Assembly: GCA_963725855.1 (NCBI GenBank)
Contig: CAVSAA010000003.1
Coordinates: 569,751 to 633,750 of the forward strand
DNA: 64,000 nucleotides
DNA from: Candidatus Bathyarchaeota archaeon
GTDB taxonomy: Archaea; Thermoproteota; Bathyarchaeia; Bathyarchaeales; Bathycorpusculaceae
Reading direction: 5' to 3'
In this document: positions 62,935 through 64,000 of the stretch, one piece after another
Position numbering within the stretch: position 1 is the first letter of the stretch
How the letters are laid out: each line of letters begins with the position of its first letter
Made by a program: the position numbers and the translations under genes
Notes under the pieces: generated by a model
Databases searched by the model: none
What the model saw: the letters and a program-made list of their open reading frames with translations, nothing else
What the model was told of the DNA's origin: nothing

Positions 62935-63617
62935 ATGCGATTAGGAGTCCTGTTCTCAGGTGGCAAAGACTCAACCCTTGCCCTACACATAGCGGCGGAG
63001 AAAGAGGAGATAGCCTGCCTAATCACTGTGGTCTCAAAGAACAAGGAAAGCTACATGTTTCACACCCCAAACATCGACGTGACGAGTCTTCAAGCAGAAG
63101 CGTTGGGGTTGCCACTGGTTTCGGTGATAACTGAGGGAAGGAAGGAAGAAGAACTCACAGACTTGGAAAAGGCGATTGCTGAGGCAAAAAGCAGATTCCA
63201 AATAGAGGGCGTAGTCACGGGAGCAGTGGAATCAGTTTACCAAGCTTCACGAGTTCAGCGCATCTGCAACCGCCTTAATATCTGGTGCTTTAACCCATTA
63301 TGGAAGCATGACCAGAAAACGCTCCTAGAAACGCTCGTTAAAAGACACTTTCAGAGTTATAATTTCGGGCATTTTTGCTTATCCACTTGACGAAAAATGG
63401 CTTGGGAACACAAATAGATGCGCAGGTGATAGCCCGGTTGGTGAAGCTCCAAAGTCAATATGGCATCAGCCCCTCCGGCGAGGGAGGAGAAATAGAAACG
63501 ACAGTTTTAGATGCGCCTATGTTCAAGCAGAAAATCGAAATCATTGACCACGTGGTTGAGGCGAAGGAAAACTGTGGAGTCTACATCATTAAGCAGGCAC
63601 GGTTGGTTGCAAAATGA
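62935..63617 (+). CDS. Diphthine--ammonia ligase-like PP-loop ATPase (Dph6 family; frameshifted)
   Basis: LFSGGKDS, SYMFH, GAVESVYQ, PLW and GEGGEIET.VLDAP.F. Confidence 0.88.
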
Positions 63618-64000
63618 TTCTGGTTGTTGACATGAACTGGAAAAAGGATTCGCTGGCATTTAACGAGTTTGTGATTCCTATTACTTCAGTTATTCAGCCA
63701 TTTGAGAAATGCGAAGTTAAGCATTTTTCCGAAATCGCTCCAGACAGATCTGGATGCTTACAGCAAGGTTGTGCTTTCTGGAACCGCACTAAAAGACCAC
63801 GCAACCCTAAAGCAGCTCGGCAAGTTCAACTGGGTTAAGACATTTGACAAACCTCTTCTGGGTATCTGCGCAGGGATGCAAACAATCAGCCTAGTTTTCG
63901 GCGAACCTTTGACGGCTTGTCTGCAGATTGGAATGGCTGAAATCTCGACTCTAAAAGAAAACCCGCTCTTCCAAGGGGACTTTAAGGCATATACACTTCA
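63614..64000 (+). CDS. Class I glutamine amidotransferase (frameshifted, truncated by window edge)
   Basis: MILVVD start; shifted frame VVLSGT...KPLLGICAGMQ nucleophile elbow. Confidence 0.82.

Noticed and set aside
768-64000. Programmed frameshifting or mass pseudogenisation (rps11, rpl18e, mvk, feoB, dtxR, glyA, serA, dph6, GATase)
   Set aside because: Single-base indels, several in short homopolymers, hit essential genes with no shared slippery motif and cluster toward the window ends; most consistent with low-coverage long-read error. Read polishing would decide
1-64000. CRISPR array or rRNA genes
   Set aside because: No regularly spaced direct repeats, cas genes or rRNA signature sequences were seen

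Overview
Archaeal chromosomal window, most likely from a TACK lineage such as Bathyarchaeia. This is an inference from Rpo3/Rpo10, SRP19, eS8, SMC-ScpAB, thermosome, the Aeropyrum-type mevalonate genes and many small Cys-rich ORFs. Core blocks are: the S13-S4-S11-rpoD-L18e-L13-S9-rpoN operon; a near-complete lower mevalonate/isoprenoid cluster (mvk, UbiD-type decarboxylase, AcnX-type dehydratase L/S, IPK, IDI-2, GGPP synthase) followed by gltX and srp19; smc-scpA-scpB; thermosome; a split glutamate synthase with its own Fe-S/flavoprotein donor genes; eno-rps2-MEMO1; thiL and trmY; a DtxR-FeoA/feoB iron module with two operators; glyA-serA; and a Dph6-like gene coupled to a glutamine amidotransferase. 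There are three tRNAs (Glu, Thr, Pro) and one IS5-like element. Single-base indels break many essential genes, which points to long-read assembly error. The most notable observations are: (1) a wHTH-pilin-coiled-coil-roadblock cluster with a shared 13-bp upstream motif; (2) a tRNA-Thr(CGT) with perfect stems but a remodelled D/T-loop elbow; (3) several decayed integration scars, including a duplicated mvk 3' end, a pseudo-tRNA next to a terminase-like fragment, and a 36-bp motif shared by two scars; (4) a B12 radical SAM enzyme with a possible lipid-binding tail in a tRNA-Pro island; (5) the Dph6-GATase coupling. All family assignments come from motif recognition by eye; no database searches were run.
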